From a virus, in IMG/VR virus record IMGVR_UViG_3300017763_000005, positions 33,607 through 97,606 of that record: a stretch of DNA of 64,000 nucleotides; one strand, 5' to 3'. Positions 54,651 to 64,000 of the stretch are shown in pieces; the first letter of the stretch is position 1; every line of letters starts with the position of its first letter. The notes beneath the pieces are model-generated. The model had not been told where the DNA came from, did not search any database, and was given only the letters and a program-made list of their open reading frames with translations. The position numbers and the translations under genes are program-made.

Positions 54651-55405
54651 TATTCGGTACCATCTTGTGTTATGGTTTCTGTTATTGTAAAGCTATCTGC
54701 CGTATCTGTAGCTCCAACAGTAAAGTCCATTTCCTCAAACAATTGTGTTGTTAAATCTTTATCATGAAAATCAATATTAACTTCGCGTATAATAGCGCTA
54801 TCTCCTGTAGGTCCAAAGAACTTCATTTTCATTGTAAAGTCTAATTGATAAATTAATACACGCCTTTCAGTAAAGTCTCCTTCATACTGATCCTCTATTT
54901 GAACACCACCTAATATAACTGAAACATCTTGCTTATAATTAAATCCAGATACAGGAGTAATTGTTACGCTATACTCTGGCTGAAAATAAGGAAGAATTTG
55001 TTCGACTATTTGTAGTCCATCATCTTGATTTTTTACCATAATATATAATGACATTCCAATATCATATGAAGTATAATGTTTAATTGTTTTCTTTTTAGTT
55101 ACATCTGAAGCATGCGTTTCTGATATTACATTTCTTTTAGGCATTTTTTGACTTGTATCTAAAGTTAAACCCGTAATTTCAAATCCCATTCTTGGTAATT
55201 TAATTGCCATAGTAGCGTCTCTACCAGTTTCCTGATCTAAACGAGATAAGAATTTTGCTTTAGGTCCATAAGCTAATGGAACTCTTACTTGATTTAATAC
55301 ACTTCCATCTGCAGCTTTTCTTGCTACTTTTAAATTATTAAATAGCGTACCAAAAACAGCAACTGATTTTCTCATTGTTGCGTGATAAAAATGATCTCCA
55401 AACAT
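54650..55405 (-). CDS. 15: Tail sheath stabiliser (gp15)
   Basis: FGTLFNN, VPLAYGPK.KF, QIVEQILPYFQP. Confidence 0.93.
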   Translation of the reverse strand: MFGDHFYHATMRKSVAVFGTLFNNLKVARKAADGSVLNQVRVPLAYGPKAKFLSRLDQETGRDATMAIKLPRMGFEITGLTLDTSQKMPKRNVISETHASDVTKKKTIKHYTSYDIGMSLYIMVKNQDDGLQIVEQILPYFQPEYSVTITPVSGFNYKQDVSVILGGVQIEDQYEGDFTERRVLIYQLDFTMKMKFFGPTGDSAIIREVNIDFHDKDLTTQLFEEMDFTVGATDTADSFTITETITQDGTE

Positions 55406-56676
55406 TAGTATGTCTCCGATGGATCACCAAATGGATTTGATTCTGAAAAATCAATAAATCCATCAGCATCTAATTCAAAATCAATATTTTGAGCAGCCTC
55501 ATCTGTAGCCCAAGTTACTCCTGTAGTATCTGTAATGTCACTACGTATAACTGATATTGTTCCAGTATAACCTGTTGTTCTTCCAGTTAATGTTCCATCT
55601 TTTACAAATTCTTTTGCATCTGAGGATCCTGATGTGCCTATATTACTTACCCATATTTTACTAAGAACATTTGAAGCTTTAGTTCTTTGTTGTACTTCAC
55701 CAAATATTTTTACAGGAGATACAACTGCAGATGTAAGTACTGCTGTTCCGCCCATACCACTATGGTTTGAACAATAGTAATATAATGTTGTAGGTGTTGA
55801 TGAACTTACTACAATAACTACTTTTGCTCCAGCTTGTCCAGGAGTACCAGTGACTGTAACTCCAGTTGTATATTCAGCGCCACTTGCATGTGAACCATTA
55901 GCAGTAGTACTAAATTTAAAGTTATGAGTAGCATTACTTGCATCTGATAAATCAAATGTTACAGTTGAACCTATTGATAATGTTTTATTTGGATGTATAT
56001 CATTATCTAAATAAAATTTACTATTTGCAACAGTTACGGCATAAGTTTTAGCTGCAATATCTTGACTGATTGTTTGTTCTACTATTTCACCAACACTAAA
56101 ATGATTACCGCCACTAATAGCAATTTCCATAGGTATTTGATAAGCAACTTCTGCAGTTGAATCATCTATCGATGTAATACCAGTTTCAAAATCTTCATCA
56201 TTATATTCAAATAATGAACATGTCATCTTGTATACTGGTAAATTTGATAGTTGATAAAACGGTTGATCGTCTTCTACAAATGAAATTTCAAAGAAACTAT
56301 TTGTCATAGGCAAGAAGATTAAATCTCCTTCCTGTGGTCTTGGATCTACTTGGTTGTCATCAAATACTCCTACACGAGTATCCCATCGTCTGCGTGATAC
56401 TATAAATGTAGCTTCGTCTCTTATTTCTAAACCAAATTTAGAATATAAATCTCCAGATCCTTCAAACCCTTCATTATTTTCAATATACATTTCAAGTAAA
56501 TAAGCATCATCAAAACTAGATGCTGGATCTTCGTTTAAAACATTATCACGATTTACAAGAGTGCGTGGAATATAATAGACGTCTTGTCCATATATTCCCA
56601 ATGATTCTATTATCAGGTCTTCGTAAAGATTCTGTTCAGATTTTACGGCCTGAGAAAAATATACATTTCTCGGCAT
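55405..56676 (-). CDS. 14: Neck protein (gp14) with inserted cupredoxin-like domain
   Basis: YGQDVYYIPR, SKFGLEIRD, EGDLIFLP, DFSESNPFG; insert containing TLYYYCSNHSGMG. Confidence 0.9.
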   Translation of the reverse strand: MPRNVYFSQAVKSEQNLYEDLIIESLGIYGQDVYYIPRTLVNRDNVLNEDPASSFDDAYLLEMYIENNEGFEGSGDLYSKFGLEIRDEATFIVSRRRWDTRVGVFDDNQVDPRPQEGDLIFLPMTNSFFEISFVEDDQPFYQLSNLPVYKMTCSLFEYNDEDFETGITSIDDSTAEVAYQIPMEIAISGGNHFSVGEIVEQTISQDIAAKTYAVTVANSKFYLDNDIHPNKTLSIGSTVTFDLSDASNATHNFKFSTTANGSHASGAEYTTGVTVTGTPGQAGAKVVIVVSSSTPTTLYYYCSNHSGMGGTAVLTSAVVSPVKIFGEVQQRTKASNVLSKIWVSNIGTSGSSDAKEFVKDGTLTGRTTGYTGTISVIRSDITDTTGVTWATDEAAQNIDFELDADGFIDFSESNPFGDPSETY

Positions 56677-56679
56677 TTT

Positions 56680-57651
56680 TTATCCTGTCATGAAGTCGAC
56701 TGGCTGTTCCCAATTAAGTCTAGCCTCTTCTTCTAATTTTTCTATTTCTTCATTTGCGTCGTCAAATATTTGACGTCCATTAAATGTTACGCCACCTGGC
56801 ATTACCATACCTTCAAATTTAATTAGATTAGTTCCCCACTGTCTTTTAATCAATGCTGTCGCATATCTCTTTAAGAAGTAATCGTTATAAACATCGGTGT
56901 AAGTATTTGGATCGATAATTCTATAACATTCTACTACTAAATAATCATCAACATCTACTTCTTCATCCCAATCCATAAAAACATCTAATTGATTTTTATG
57001 TTTATCAAAGTTTATATGTTTTTGATCAGAATCTATAACTAAATCTAAGAGCGATAAGAATTGTTGTGACATCACATATTCAGTTAAATTACCCATAAAA
57101 CCAACTGAGTATATATCATTTAAATGTATTTGATATCTTATATCAAACATATCACTTGAAGATACAGAATCTCTAATTGGCATAACTCTTACAACATCTG
57201 TAATTAAGTCATTGATTGGTATATAACGATTCTCTATATCGCCTTTTGATATTCCATTAGAAGCTATTGTTCCTGTAGCACTAGTTGTTCCACCAGTAAT
57301 TACATCTCCAACAGCAAAAGCAGTATTAGAATCTACTAATGCATTATATGTTATTTTAGTTCCAGTGGCTGTTTTAACTACTGCTTTAGCACCTGAAGTA
57401 CCTCCAGTAATAGTTTCACCTACACTAAAATTTCCTGCAACTGCAGCAGTGAGTGTTAAAGATGAATTAGTGACTTTATGTTTTAGATAAAATTTTTCTA
57501 TAGAATCTGCATGATAATGCTGATAAAATTGTAGAGCTTCATCTACTCTATCATCGATTTGATCATCGTCAACATTGATTTCTATTACAGGTGCGCCTAA
57601 TGATCTTAAGCAATAATCTATAAAAGTTTGTTTACTATTTGGAGCTGCCAT
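56680..57651 (-). CDS. 13: Neck protein (gp13) with beta-rich insertion
   Basis: LGAPVIEINV, KRQWGTNLIKF, PGGVTFNG; late box at 57673-57680. Confidence 0.93.
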   Translation of the reverse strand: MAAPNSKQTFIDYCLRSLGAPVIEINVDDDQIDDRVDEALQFYQHYHADSIEKFYLKHKVTNSSLTLTAAVAGNFSVGETITGGTSGAKAVVKTATGTKITYNALVDSNTAFAVGDVITGGTTSATGTIASNGISKGDIENRYIPINDLITDVVRVMPIRDSVSSSDMFDIRYQIHLNDIYSVGFMGNLTEYVMSQQFLSLLDLVIDSDQKHINFDKHKNQLDVFMDWDEEVDVDDYLVVECYRIIDPNTYTDVYNDYFLKRYATALIKRQWGTNLIKFEGMVMPGGVTFNGRQIFDDANEEIEKLEEEARLNWEQPVDFMTG

Positions 57652-57713
57652 AATTAATTCCTATTATAGTTCTATTTATAATAGTTTACACTTCAATTAG
57701 GATTAATATCTTA

Positions 57714-58040
57714 TTAAAGTTGTTCCGGAACTACTGTCCAGTCATCTGGTAATGAATTTACTATCACTGTAATTTCATCTTTCATTTCTTGTATTTTTTC
57801 AGCTCCTAAAAATGCTTCTACCCAACTTTGTAGTTGTGCATCTGTTACATCTTCTACACTCGAAAAGGAATCAGAAAGATTATTATCATCAAAAGCAACG
57901 CAACCACCAGCTTCTGAGTAATGCCCTCTGCTGTCCGTTCCTCTTATTTTAAATGTTATTTGTCTAATTATATCTCTTTTTCTGCTATTCTTGTTCCACG
58001 GAACTAGTTCTGATATATCCACTACCCATGTAAATGTCAT
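57714..58040 (-). CDS. Hypothetical protein (tail-fibre associated)
   Basis: Follows a tail fibre gene; AAGGAG RBS. Confidence 0.65.
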   Translation of the reverse strand: MTFTWVVDISELVPWNKNSRKRDIIRQITFKIRGTDSRGHYSEAGGCVAFDDNNLSDSFSSVEDVTDAQLQSWVEAFLGAEKIQEMKDEITVIVNSLPDDWTVVPEQL

Positions 58041-58053
58041 CTTATTTCTCCTT

Positions 58054-59475
58054 TTATGCCCATCCTATTTGTGCTCCTGACATATCTGTATAAGCAGTAT
58101 TACCTGCAGAACCACCGTGTCCACCTTTGTTTACAACAAACTTAGCTGTAGGGTGAGTCATACTTGGAAAACTTACTGTAATTTTAAATCCTTGCGACCC
58201 AACAGAAACAGCTGCTATACTAGCACTTCCGGAAGTTGCATAGAAAGCTGCTGCACTTTGTGTTATGCCATTATTTACATATCCCGAATAATGACCACTA
58301 TGATATTTAGAATTATATCCTGCTATATAAAATTCTACAGAAAAACCACCATAACCAACTCCACTTGCTCCAGTATTTGGATTTGGTATTGAAAAATACA
58401 CACTTGTAAAATTGCCGCCTCTACCACCTTGTCCATGATAAGTCCATTGATTGCCATTAGTATCACTACTCATATTAGCATCGCCAGGAGGCCCATTCAT
58501 TAAAATACCACCTCTTTTTACATGAAGACCTTCAGAACCGTTTCTATTTTCATAATCTCCGTCTGTGTCTCCTATACTTAAACCCTTAGGAGTAACCCTT
58601 GCATATTCTGCATTTTTTACTCTAAAATGTATGCCCGATGCTGTGCCACCCCAAGCATTATCATCAGCTTTTAATTTTAAGACATATGAATCTTGTGTAA
58701 TATATGTTGGTGAGTTAGTGCTGTTTGATAAATGTATTTGGTTAACTGCTGTATCAGTTTCTACTGTTAAAGCATTTTGGTCTGTACTCTTTATATGAAG
58801 GTCTGTTGATGGACTAGAAGTCCCAATTCCAACATTTCCAGCTGAGGTAACAGTTAATAATTCTGTAGTACCTGTTCTAATTGACATATAATTCGGAGAG
58901 CTAGGTGTGTAAAGACCGAAGTACCTATGAGCAGTATCTCCAAATAAAATTTCGTGTGTACCACTAGTGTTAGCAAATAAAACACCAGTACCTAATACAT
59001 CTAGTTTTCTTTGAGGACTACCTGTACCAATTCCAACATTCTCTGAACTGTCAATTGTAATAGCAGTAGCATCTGCACTTGATACTATACCATCTACTCC
59101 TCCACCTGCAGCATCTTCCCAAGCAATACCTGAGCCTGTTGATGTTAAAACTTGGCCATCAGATCCTTGTGCACTACTTATTGTTAGGTTAGGTATCTCT
59201 ACTGTTCCAGTAAATGTTGGACTTGCTAGAGGAGCTTTCAATGCAATACTATTGGTAACGGTTGTACTAAAGTTTGCATCATCGCCTAAAGCTGCAGCTA
59301 ATTCATTGAGTGTGTTTAATGCAGCTGGTGAACTATCAACTAATGCTGTTATTTCCTGTTGAACAAAAGCAGTCGTTGCAGGAGCAGTTGTATTTGTCCC
59401 CGCACTTGCAGTTGTCAGAGTAATCTGATCAGGTGTTATAGCTCCATCTGCGATTAATTTTACTTTTGTTGTCAT
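58054..59475 (-). CDS. Tail fibre protein
   Basis: TLNELAAALGDDANF module, repeated GNVGIGT.SP motifs. Confidence 0.85.
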   Translation of the reverse strand: MTTKVKLIADGAITPDQITLTTASAGTNTTAPATTAFVQQEITALVDSSPAALNTLNELAAALGDDANFSTTVTNSIALKAPLASPTFTGTVEIPNLTISSAQGSDGQVLTSTGSGIAWEDAAGGGVDGIVSSADATAITIDSSENVGIGTGSPQRKLDVLGTGVLFANTSGTHEILFGDTAHRYFGLYTPSSPNYMSIRTGTTELLTVTSAGNVGIGTSSPSTDLHIKSTDQNALTVETDTAVNQIHLSNSTNSPTYITQDSYVLKLKADDNAWGGTASGIHFRVKNAEYARVTPKGLSIGDTDGDYENRNGSEGLHVKRGGILMNGPPGDANMSSDTNGNQWTYHGQGGRGGNFTSVYFSIPNPNTGASGVGYGGFSVEFYIAGYNSKYHSGHYSGYVNNGITQSAAAFYATSGSASIAAVSVGSQGFKITVSFPSMTHPTAKFVVNKGGHGGSAGNTAYTDMSGAQIGWA

Positions 59476-59756
59476 TAGCTATTATCCGTTATGTATTGTT
59501 TGCCTGTTGCAATTGCTGTTGTGTAACTTGTTTTATCTGCTGATGAGCCTGCTACATCAGGTGTAGGATCCTCATCATCTATTGGTGCCATAGCTAATAC
59601 AATTTCTAAATACTCTACATTTTCTTGTACTCTACGATTTACAATTTGTTGCGTGTGACCTTCCATGAAATATGAAAGGTCGCCATCATTAATTTGATTA
59701 ATTAAAGTTACAGAATCATCTGCACCTGTAAGTACTTGTTCAACTGTTTTAGCCAT
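59475..59756 (-). CDS. Hypothetical protein (tail-fibre associated)
   Basis: Coupled between two fibre genes. Confidence 0.65.
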   Translation of the reverse strand: MAKTVEQVLTGADDSVTLINQINDGDLSYFMEGHTQQIVNRRVQENVEYLEIVLAMAPIDDEDPTPDVAGSSADKTSYTTAIATGKQYITDNS

Positions 59757-62226
59757 TTTGTAATTCCTCTACTTTAGCCGAAAGTTCTTGTACGGCTTTT
59801 ACTAACATAGGTATTAATTCATTAGGTGTTAATGCCTGTGTACCATCTTCTTGTTCTTCCCATAAATGTGATATAACCTCAGGATGATTGTCTAGTGCTT
59901 CTTTAACATCCTGTGCAATAAATCCAATTTTTCCTATTGGATTATCTTTCTCATACCTTTCGTCTGAGTCAGATTTATGATTTGATAATTCAGCATCAAT
60001 GTCTTTTTTCTTTCTCCAATCAAAATTAACTGGTTTTAAATCATTTATAAACGCAAGTCCTGCTTCACTTGGTCGTATATTTTCTTTTAATCTTTCGTCT
60101 GAACTTCCACTCCAACCAGTTGCTCCTAAAGAAATCCAAGATTTGCTACCACCATAACCAAGAGTTGCGTATGTGCCTGCTGCTCCGGATGTTGCTCCGT
60201 ACCCAATTGTTATACCACCATTGCTTGCGCCACTTACTTGAGCACCTGCACCAACAACGGTATTGTATGAACCTGTATTGCCACTTCCTGCACCTGAGCC
60301 AAAAAAAGCATTTGCAAAACCTCCACAACTTCTTCCTGCTTTATACCCTACCATGCAATTAGCATATCCAGTCGTAAGATTAGTGTCACCAGCTCTATCT
60401 CCAATGATTACATTTGTATAACCAGTAGTAACATTATAACCTGCTTGGTTTCCAATAAAGACTGAATCATCTGTGCTTGTTCCTGTGTAAAAAGCTTCAT
60501 TACCCACAACAACTGTTCTACCAGTTGTCATGTTATAAGCTGCATGATTTCCTACGACTACAGCATCGTCTCCTGATGAGTGTAATCTTTTTGCATTATA
60601 TCCAATTGCAACATTACCTTCACCTGTTTGGAAATTACGCATGGCATGAACTCCCATAACAGTGTTAAGAGAGCCTGATGTAATTCCAGTAAAATTATTA
60701 CCACCCACTGCAGTGTTAGAATGACCAGTACATACTCCAGATTCTGCTGTTGAAGCTCCAATAAAACAGTTTTGATTTCCTGTACTATTTTCTGCTCCTG
60801 CTAAGAACCCTATAAAAGTATTTGAACTACCAGTTGAATCTTCACCTGCTCTATGTCCTAGTGCTGTTACTTGTGTTGCTGTGGTTGTAGTTGAAAGGGC
60901 ATTATAACCAACTGCTGTATTAGCAGCTGCAGTGTTAGCTGCCAACGCGCCTGCGCCAATAGCAGTATTATAAGAGCCTACTGATGCTGCTGATAAAGAC
61001 GCATATCCTACTGCAGTATTATTTTGTGCATCTGATGCTCTATAAGCAGCATATGCACCTATGTGAACATTTTTAATTCCTGTTGTAATGTCTCCACCTG
61101 CTTCAAATCCTACAGCTACATTCTGATTACCCGATGTTAGAGCTGCAAAAACATCTACACCCACACCAGTATTATAACTAGCTGCATTAAGTGTTCCAGT
61201 AGCGTTATCACCTAAAATTATAGAGCTAGTGAAATTAGTTCCGCCCTCTTTAAATGTAGGTCCACCACCTGCTGCATCTTCCCAAGCTACTCCTGAACCT
61301 GTTGAAGTAAGTACTTGCCCGTCTGTACCTTGGTCTGTTCCAATTTTTAAATTGCCAATAGATGCTATTCCAGCTAAGTGAAGGTCTTTCCATCTTACAG
61401 AAGAAAAGCCTAAATCTAAAGTATTATCGGTTTGACCTGAAGATGTGTTATAAGGTAATACACCATTTACTGCATCATTAAATCTAATTCCAGTATCGGT
61501 TGTTCCAATATAAATATCTGTTGCTTCAGTACCAATACTTCCAACTATTGTTCCATCTTTAGTAAATACCAACATATCACCATCATTTGTCAGTCTGTTT
61601 AAAGAAATTGGATTTGCCCCATTTCTAGTAAATGTAGCAAGAGCTGCTGCACTAGCAGGATCTCCTCTTAGAGCTATACCTTCTACACTATAAGTATCAG
61701 CAGTTTTACCCACCAACACGTTTCCACCATTAAAATAACTTAACCCATTTGCCTGTATATCAACCTTATCTGTGGTATCTGATTTTATAAGTATTCTACC
61801 ATCATCACTTGCGTTAGTAGTTATAGTAATTGTATTTTTACCTGCAGTATTGGGACTAAAAAAGGCTTGAGTTCCAATTAAATTGCCTGTTAATGTTCCA
61901 CCTGCTAAAGGTAATTTAGTTGCTATACTATTTGTGACTGTTGTACTAAAGTTTGCATCATCTCCTAAAGCTGCAGCTAATTCATTAAGTGTATCTAATG
62001 TACTTGGTGCAGAGTCTGCTAGGTTTGCAATTGCTGTTGATACGAATGCAGTACTTGCGGCTGTCGTATCATTATCACCAGCTGTTGCTGTTGCAACTGT
62101 AACTGCTTTACCTGTAAGATCTAAAGTTGTATGTAATTTATCTGCAGTTATACTTGTATTCGTAATTGCTGAAGCTGTAATTGCTCCATCTGCTATGATC
62201 GCTGATGTTATTTTTGTTAATGCCAT
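59749..62226 (-). CDS. Tail fibre/adhesin with C-terminal peptidase S74 intramolecular chaperone
   Basis: TLNELAAALGDD module, about 25 NTAVG-type repeats, SDERLKENI...GFIAQ...LVKAVQEL. Confidence 0.88.
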   Translation of the reverse strand: MALTKITSAIIADGAITASAITNTSITADKLHTTLDLTGKAVTVATATAGDNDTTAASTAFVSTAIANLADSAPSTLDTLNELAAALGDDANFSTTVTNSIATKLPLAGGTLTGNLIGTQAFFSPNTAGKNTITITTNASDDGRILIKSDTTDKVDIQANGLSYFNGGNVLVGKTADTYSVEGIALRGDPASAAALATFTRNGANPISLNRLTNDGDMLVFTKDGTIVGSIGTEATDIYIGTTDTGIRFNDAVNGVLPYNTSSGQTDNTLDLGFSSVRWKDLHLAGIASIGNLKIGTDQGTDGQVLTSTGSGVAWEDAAGGGPTFKEGGTNFTSSIILGDNATGTLNAASYNTGVGVDVFAALTSGNQNVAVGFEAGGDITTGIKNVHIGAYAAYRASDAQNNTAVGYASLSAASVGSYNTAIGAGALAANTAAANTAVGYNALSTTTTATQVTALGHRAGEDSTGSSNTFIGFLAGAENSTGNQNCFIGASTAESGVCTGHSNTAVGGNNFTGITSGSLNTVMGVHAMRNFQTGEGNVAIGYNAKRLHSSGDDAVVVGNHAAYNMTTGRTVVVGNEAFYTGTSTDDSVFIGNQAGYNVTTGYTNVIIGDRAGDTNLTTGYANCMVGYKAGRSCGGFANAFFGSGAGSGNTGSYNTVVGAGAQVSGASNGGITIGYGATSGAAGTYATLGYGGSKSWISLGATGWSGSSDERLKENIRPSEAGLAFINDLKPVNFDWRKKKDIDAELSNHKSDSDERYEKDNPIGKIGFIAQDVKEALDNHPEVISHLWEEQEDGTQALTPNELIPMLVKAVQELSAKVEELQNG
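61940..61986. repeat. 47-bp near-identical repeat shared with 59261-59307
   Basis: gttgtactaaagtttgcatcatc(t/g)cctaaagctgcagctaattcatt in both fibre genes, one mismatch. Confidence 0.85.
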
Positions 62227-62233
62227 TTATTTA

Positions 62234-62563
62234 TTATTCCTCGTGTATGTGTTCATATATAACCCATGATTCTGAACTCTCATCCCACTTATATTGTTGA
62301 CCATCATTAGGATATGCAACTGGTGGCTGCCATTTAAAAGTTTCGTTGTTTAACACCCACGAGTTATAAGGCTGCGGTTCAATAAATACATCGTTTTGAG
62401 CATCATAAGTAAATCCAACGCCTGCATATATGTTTCTTATAGAACCATCTTCTTTTGTCTCTAGCCACGTTCCAGCAGTGGTATCTATATAAGAATCCAT
62501 AAAATCTTGATCCGCAACAATACTTTCTACAACTAGACCATTTACAACTTTTACAAATATCAT
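62234..62563 (-). CDS. Conserved phage protein accompanying glycine-rich virion proteins
   Basis: RNIYAGVGFTYD...FIEPQPY.SW.L...WQPP. Confidence 0.75.
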   Translation of the reverse strand: MIFVKVVNGLVVESIVADQDFMDSYIDTTAGTWLETKEDGSIRNIYAGVGFTYDAQNDVFIEPQPYNSWVLNNETFKWQPPVAYPNDGQQYKWDESSESWVIYEHIHEE

Positions 62564-63855
62564 ACTGCGTACCTCACTATAACAATTCCAGAACCACCTG
62601 CACCAGCAGCCCTTTGGTTGCCTGCGTAAAGTTGACCTCCTCCGCCACCGGAACCAGTATTAGCTGTTCCTGCTGTTCCGTCTGAGTCATATCCCATTGC
62701 ACCAATGCCGCCGCCACCTAAACCACCTTCATTTCTGCCATATAAGTGTGTTTGTGCTTCAACCGCACCAGCACCACCTCCTGCATAATAGTAGGTACCA
62801 CTTTCATTTACGCCTGTGCTTGTAGCAGCACCCCAAGCAGAATAAGCGCTTGTACCATCTCCACCATCAGATTGTGTAGCGTTCATATTATTACAGTCGT
62901 ATGCTCCATTAACACCAGCTTGACCAGCTCCTCCGCCACCACCTGCTGAACCACATGAGGTTAATGTACTTCCGCCTGCGTTACCTTGACCTGAAGTTCC
63001 TGCACCGCCAGATGAACCGCCAGAATCACGACCACCTCCGCCACCAGAACCGCCGCTACGCCCATTGCCGCCAGCTCCACTCTGGCCGCCACCGCCTCCG
63101 CCAACGGCTACTGTTTCGCCTGGAAAAGTTGAATTACCACCATCTGAGCCTGTTCCTCCAGCTGCTCCGCCAGCTCCAACAGTAATAGAGTATGTTTGTT
63201 CTGTAAGATTTATAGCAGCTCCTAGAACAACACCGCCAGCTCCTCCTCCGCCACCGCCATTATATCCAACGCCTCCACCACCACCACCACCACCGATGAT
63301 GAGTGCTTGTGCTGATTTGCTACCTACAACAACTAAATTTCCGCTTGCTGTAAATACATGATATTTGTAACCGCCAGAAGTAACTGTACTATTTCCGCCT
63401 GTAGCACTAAAGCCTACATCAGAACTACCCTTACCAATATTAGTCCAAAAATTTGCATTGCTTGTTGCATCAGTACAACACCAAAGATTTCCAGTGCTTT
63501 TATTTAACCATAGTGTTCCAACGCCTGTTGATGGATTGGTATTTGCTGCTGGATCAGAGGTTGCTACAGTAGTCTCTGTTAAAGATTCAAAAGAGCTTGC
63601 TGCTGAAGCAAAAGATAAAGTTCCACTACCATTTGTTTTTAAGAATTGACCATCAGAACCATCAGAAACAGCAAGAGCAGGTATTCCAACCGCATTATCT
63701 GCTATAAGAGCAGAGGTAATAGCATCATCTGCAATAGAAGCTGTTACGACTGCATCATCAGCAATGGTTGCACTTGTAATAGCATCATCCGCAATTGCAG
63801 CAGTGGTTACTGCATCGTCTGCTATTTGTTCGGATTGTATTTGTGTATTTGCCAT
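62560..63855 (-). CDS. Glycine-rich virion/tail protein
   Basis: IADDAITSA tandem repeats, YHVFTASG, GGGGG tracts, GGSGIVIVRY C-terminus. Confidence 0.8.
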   Translation of the reverse strand: MANTQIQSEQIADDAVTTAAIADDAITSATIADDAVVTASIADDAITSALIADNAVGIPALAVSDGSDGQFLKTNGSGTLSFASAASSFESLTETTVATSDPAANTNPSTGVGTLWLNKSTGNLWCCTDATSNANFWTNIGKGSSDVGFSATGGNSTVTSGGYKYHVFTASGNLVVVGSKSAQALIIGGGGGGGGVGYNGGGGGGAGGVVLGAAINLTEQTYSITVGAGGAAGGTGSDGGNSTFPGETVAVGGGGGGQSGAGGNGRSGGSGGGGGRDSGGSSGGAGTSGQGNAGGSTLTSCGSAGGGGGAGQAGVNGAYDCNNMNATQSDGGDGTSAYSAWGAATSTGVNESGTYYYAGGGAGAVEAQTHLYGRNEGGLGGGGIGAMGYDSDGTAGTANTGSGGGGGQLYAGNQRAAGAGGSGIVIVRYAV

Positions 63856-64000
63856 TTATCCCTCTAGTGTTTCTATCCTTGATTTTAAAGATTCTATTTC
63901 TGTCATAGCTTCTTGTAGTGCCTTAATAGCCATAATGTACATTTGCTGTTCTTTAACACCCTTACGAATTACAGCATCTTGAGCAGCAGTTTTTGTATCA
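63856..64000 (-). CDS. C-terminus of another tail fibre (S74 chaperone-type end), partial
   Basis: ...MYIMAIKALQEAMTEIESLKSRIETLEG*. Confidence 0.7.
   Translation of the reverse strand, partial: DTKTAAQDAVIRKGVKEQQMYIMAIKALQEAMTEIESLKSRIETLEG

Noticed and set aside
60200-63840. Repetitive sequence as CRISPR array or DGR template/variable repeats
   Set aside because: The repeats are in-frame protein repeats (NTAVG, IADDA, Gly tracts) with synonymous variation; no spacers, cas genes or reverse transcriptase
742-63982. Numerous plus-strand ORFs in the six-frame track
   Set aside because: They are antisense shadows of well-supported minus-strand genes, with no RBS or recognisable motifs
1-64000. 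Introns, inteins, homing endonucleases or stop-codon reassignment
   Set aside because: nrdA, gp43, gp41, gp17, gp20 and gp23 are uninterrupted and of normal length in the standard code

Overview
A 64-kb, AT-rich segment of a T4-like myovirus genome, probably marine. The host is probably a proteobacterium, since the bS21 looks gammaproteobacterial. Essentially all genes are on the minus strand. In transcription order (right to left): tail-fibre genes; neck, terminase, tail and head genes (gp13-gp23, gp3); uvsY, uvsW, gp55, gp47, gp46; tRNA-Thr(UGU); a vWA/AAA+ pair; clamp and clamp loader, regA, hsp20 and gp43; prim-pol, cell-wall hydrolase and nuclease; a DNA-modification block; bS21, uvsX, gp40, gp41; a block of probable capsid-internal proteins; ACP, spanins and nrdAB. 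The most striking feature lies between a T4-type dCMP hydroxymethylase (gp42) and uvsX, where T4 keeps its beta-glucosyltransferase. Here that slot holds a translationally coupled five-gene cassette: myo-inositol-1-phosphate synthase, a HAD phosphatase, an aGPT-Pplase/amino-acid:DNA-transferase-like protein, an unknown protein and an atypical C5 methyltransferase-fold protein. The last three end in the same sliding-clamp-binding-like motif as gp43. This suggests an undescribed inositol-based DNA hypermodification pathway (inference). Other notable items are a family of sigma70-type early promoters (several giving leaderless mRNAs), a perfectly conserved 17-bp upstream box at three of them, one antisense promoter and a ROSE-like leader on hsp20. 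All family assignments come from motif recognition by eye, not database searches.
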